In this document: positions 50,775-51,947 of the stretch, piece by piece
How positions within the stretch are numbered: the first letter of the stretch is position 1
Layout of the letters: every line of letters begins with the position of its first letter
Assembly (NCBI RefSeq): GCF_001194135.2
Contig: NC_068992.1
Location: forward strand, 14,111,079-14,163,025
DNA from: Octopus bimaculoides
Taxonomy: Eukaryota
Reading direction: 5' to 3'
Length of the DNA: 51,947 nucleotides
Notes under the pieces: model-generated
What the model was told of the DNA's origin: nothing
The model's database searches: none
What the model saw: only the letters and a program-made list of their open reading frames with translations
Program-made: the position numbers and the translations under genes

Positions 50775-51085
50775 AAGAAAAATAAGTACCAGCTGAGCAC
50801 CGGGTCGATATAATTGACTTATCCCCTCCTCCAATATTAGTAGCTTCGTGCCAGACTTAGAAACCAGTTTTATCCAGCCACTACAGGCGGTGAGCTGCCA
50901 GACTCGTTAGCGAGCTAGATAAATGCTAAGCGGCATTTTTTTCCGGCCTAATTCCTAAGGCAAAATCTCGCTGGCCATCTTTTCCATTTATCCTTTCTGA
51001 TAAAATAAACAGCAGTTGAGTACTGCTATCGATATAATTGTCTTCCCCCCACCTCAAAATTTCTGGTCCTGTGACAAAAATTATT
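50775..51085 (+). mobile_element. Two tandem family B SINEs (3' half plus a diverged full copy)
   Basis: AAATAAGTACCAGCTGAGCACCGGGTCGATATAATTGACTTATCCCC... followed by AGGCGGTGAGCTGCCAGACTCGTTAGC...ATCGATATAATTGTCTTCCCCC...AATTTCTGGTCCTGTG. Confidence 0.75.
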
Positions 51086-51947
51086 ATTTGGTCTTTATTC
51101 TGTCATATCTAGGATCAGATTCATTAATATGAAATCGATATTGCAGAAAAAAAAAACAGAGAGAAACACACAGACAGAGAGACAGACAGACAGGCAGAGA
51201 GAAAATTACGATGCTGAAGACCCAAATGAAAACGATGCTATCTGATTAGTAAGAATTTTTCAACGCTCTATGTAAATTACAGGTGTTGTTGGTTTATTCA
51301 ATTAAACATGTTAGATTAATTGGTTGCTAACCTCAAAACAACATGCTCAGCAAATTTCCGGTAATTTCTTTAGTATTTATTGCTTTCTCCAAACCTTATT
51401 TTCATTTTTATTTTATTTTTTTATTTTCGCTTCATTTATTATTGGTATTAGTAGCGGTGATGGTGATGATGATGATGATGGTGCTGGCGCTGGCGCTGGC
51501 TGTTGCGCCGGAGGCGCTGGTGGCGATTTTGTTTATCAGTTTGCGCTCGTTATTTTTCAATCGTTCACTCTTTCCAACTAATTAGTGTTGCATAGCAAAC
51601 CTTAAAAGAAAGAGGAACAACATTCCGTAACCTTATTCCAAGAAGAAAACACTACCTTACTTTCTCTCATTTCAGTGCGCTAAATGATTACAACGTAACC
51701 GTGTCTGTGTGTGTGTCTGTGTGTGTGTGTGTGTGTGTGTAGAAAGAAATGAAATCTTAATCGAAAGCGAAAAAGAGATGCAAAGAAAAGCAGATTGTTG
51801 TAAATAAATATATAGGGGGGAAAATACCAATTAAAAATACTCAGCTAAGAAAGAATTGATGGGCGATATATTGTTACACAAAAATGAATTGAGAAAAACA
51901 TCAGATTTACATACAGGCATACACACACATACATATATACATATATA

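Noticed and set aside
51465-51530. Gly/Asp/Ala-rich ORF end
   Set aside because: It is a degenerate GAT/GCT/GGT trinucleotide repeat, like 39760-39915.

Overview
Eukaryotic, very AT-rich, repeat-dominated window with 16 N-gaps (about 5.4 kb), most flanked by microsatellites. The SINE motifs and microsatellite load suggest an octopus (coleoid cephalopod) genome; this is inferred from recognised motifs, not from a search. No host protein-coding gene, rRNA, true tRNA or CRISPR array can be supported, and most listed ORFs are microsatellite or gap artefacts. Supported content: about 25 tRNA-derived SINE copies in several families (my working labels A-E); a near-complete decayed Hsmar1-like (DD34D) mariner with TIRs at 30.1-31.3 kb and a second mariner fragment; R4/Dong-type non-LTR retrotransposon fragments, two stacked head-to-tail with (TAA)n tails; a probable Tx1/L1-clade 3' end; a possible Penelope-like terminal fragment; a hAT-like MITE; and mini/microsatellites. 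Most interesting: about 8 same-orientation diverged SINEs in a head-to-tail array (48.5-50.1 kb) flanked by oppositely oriented copies; a 76-bp-arm fold-back at 8133-8308; a Dong/mariner/Tx1 patchwork at 37.7-38.6 kb; and repeated signs of retroelement tails stacking into microsatellites. I found no convincing novel gene system.
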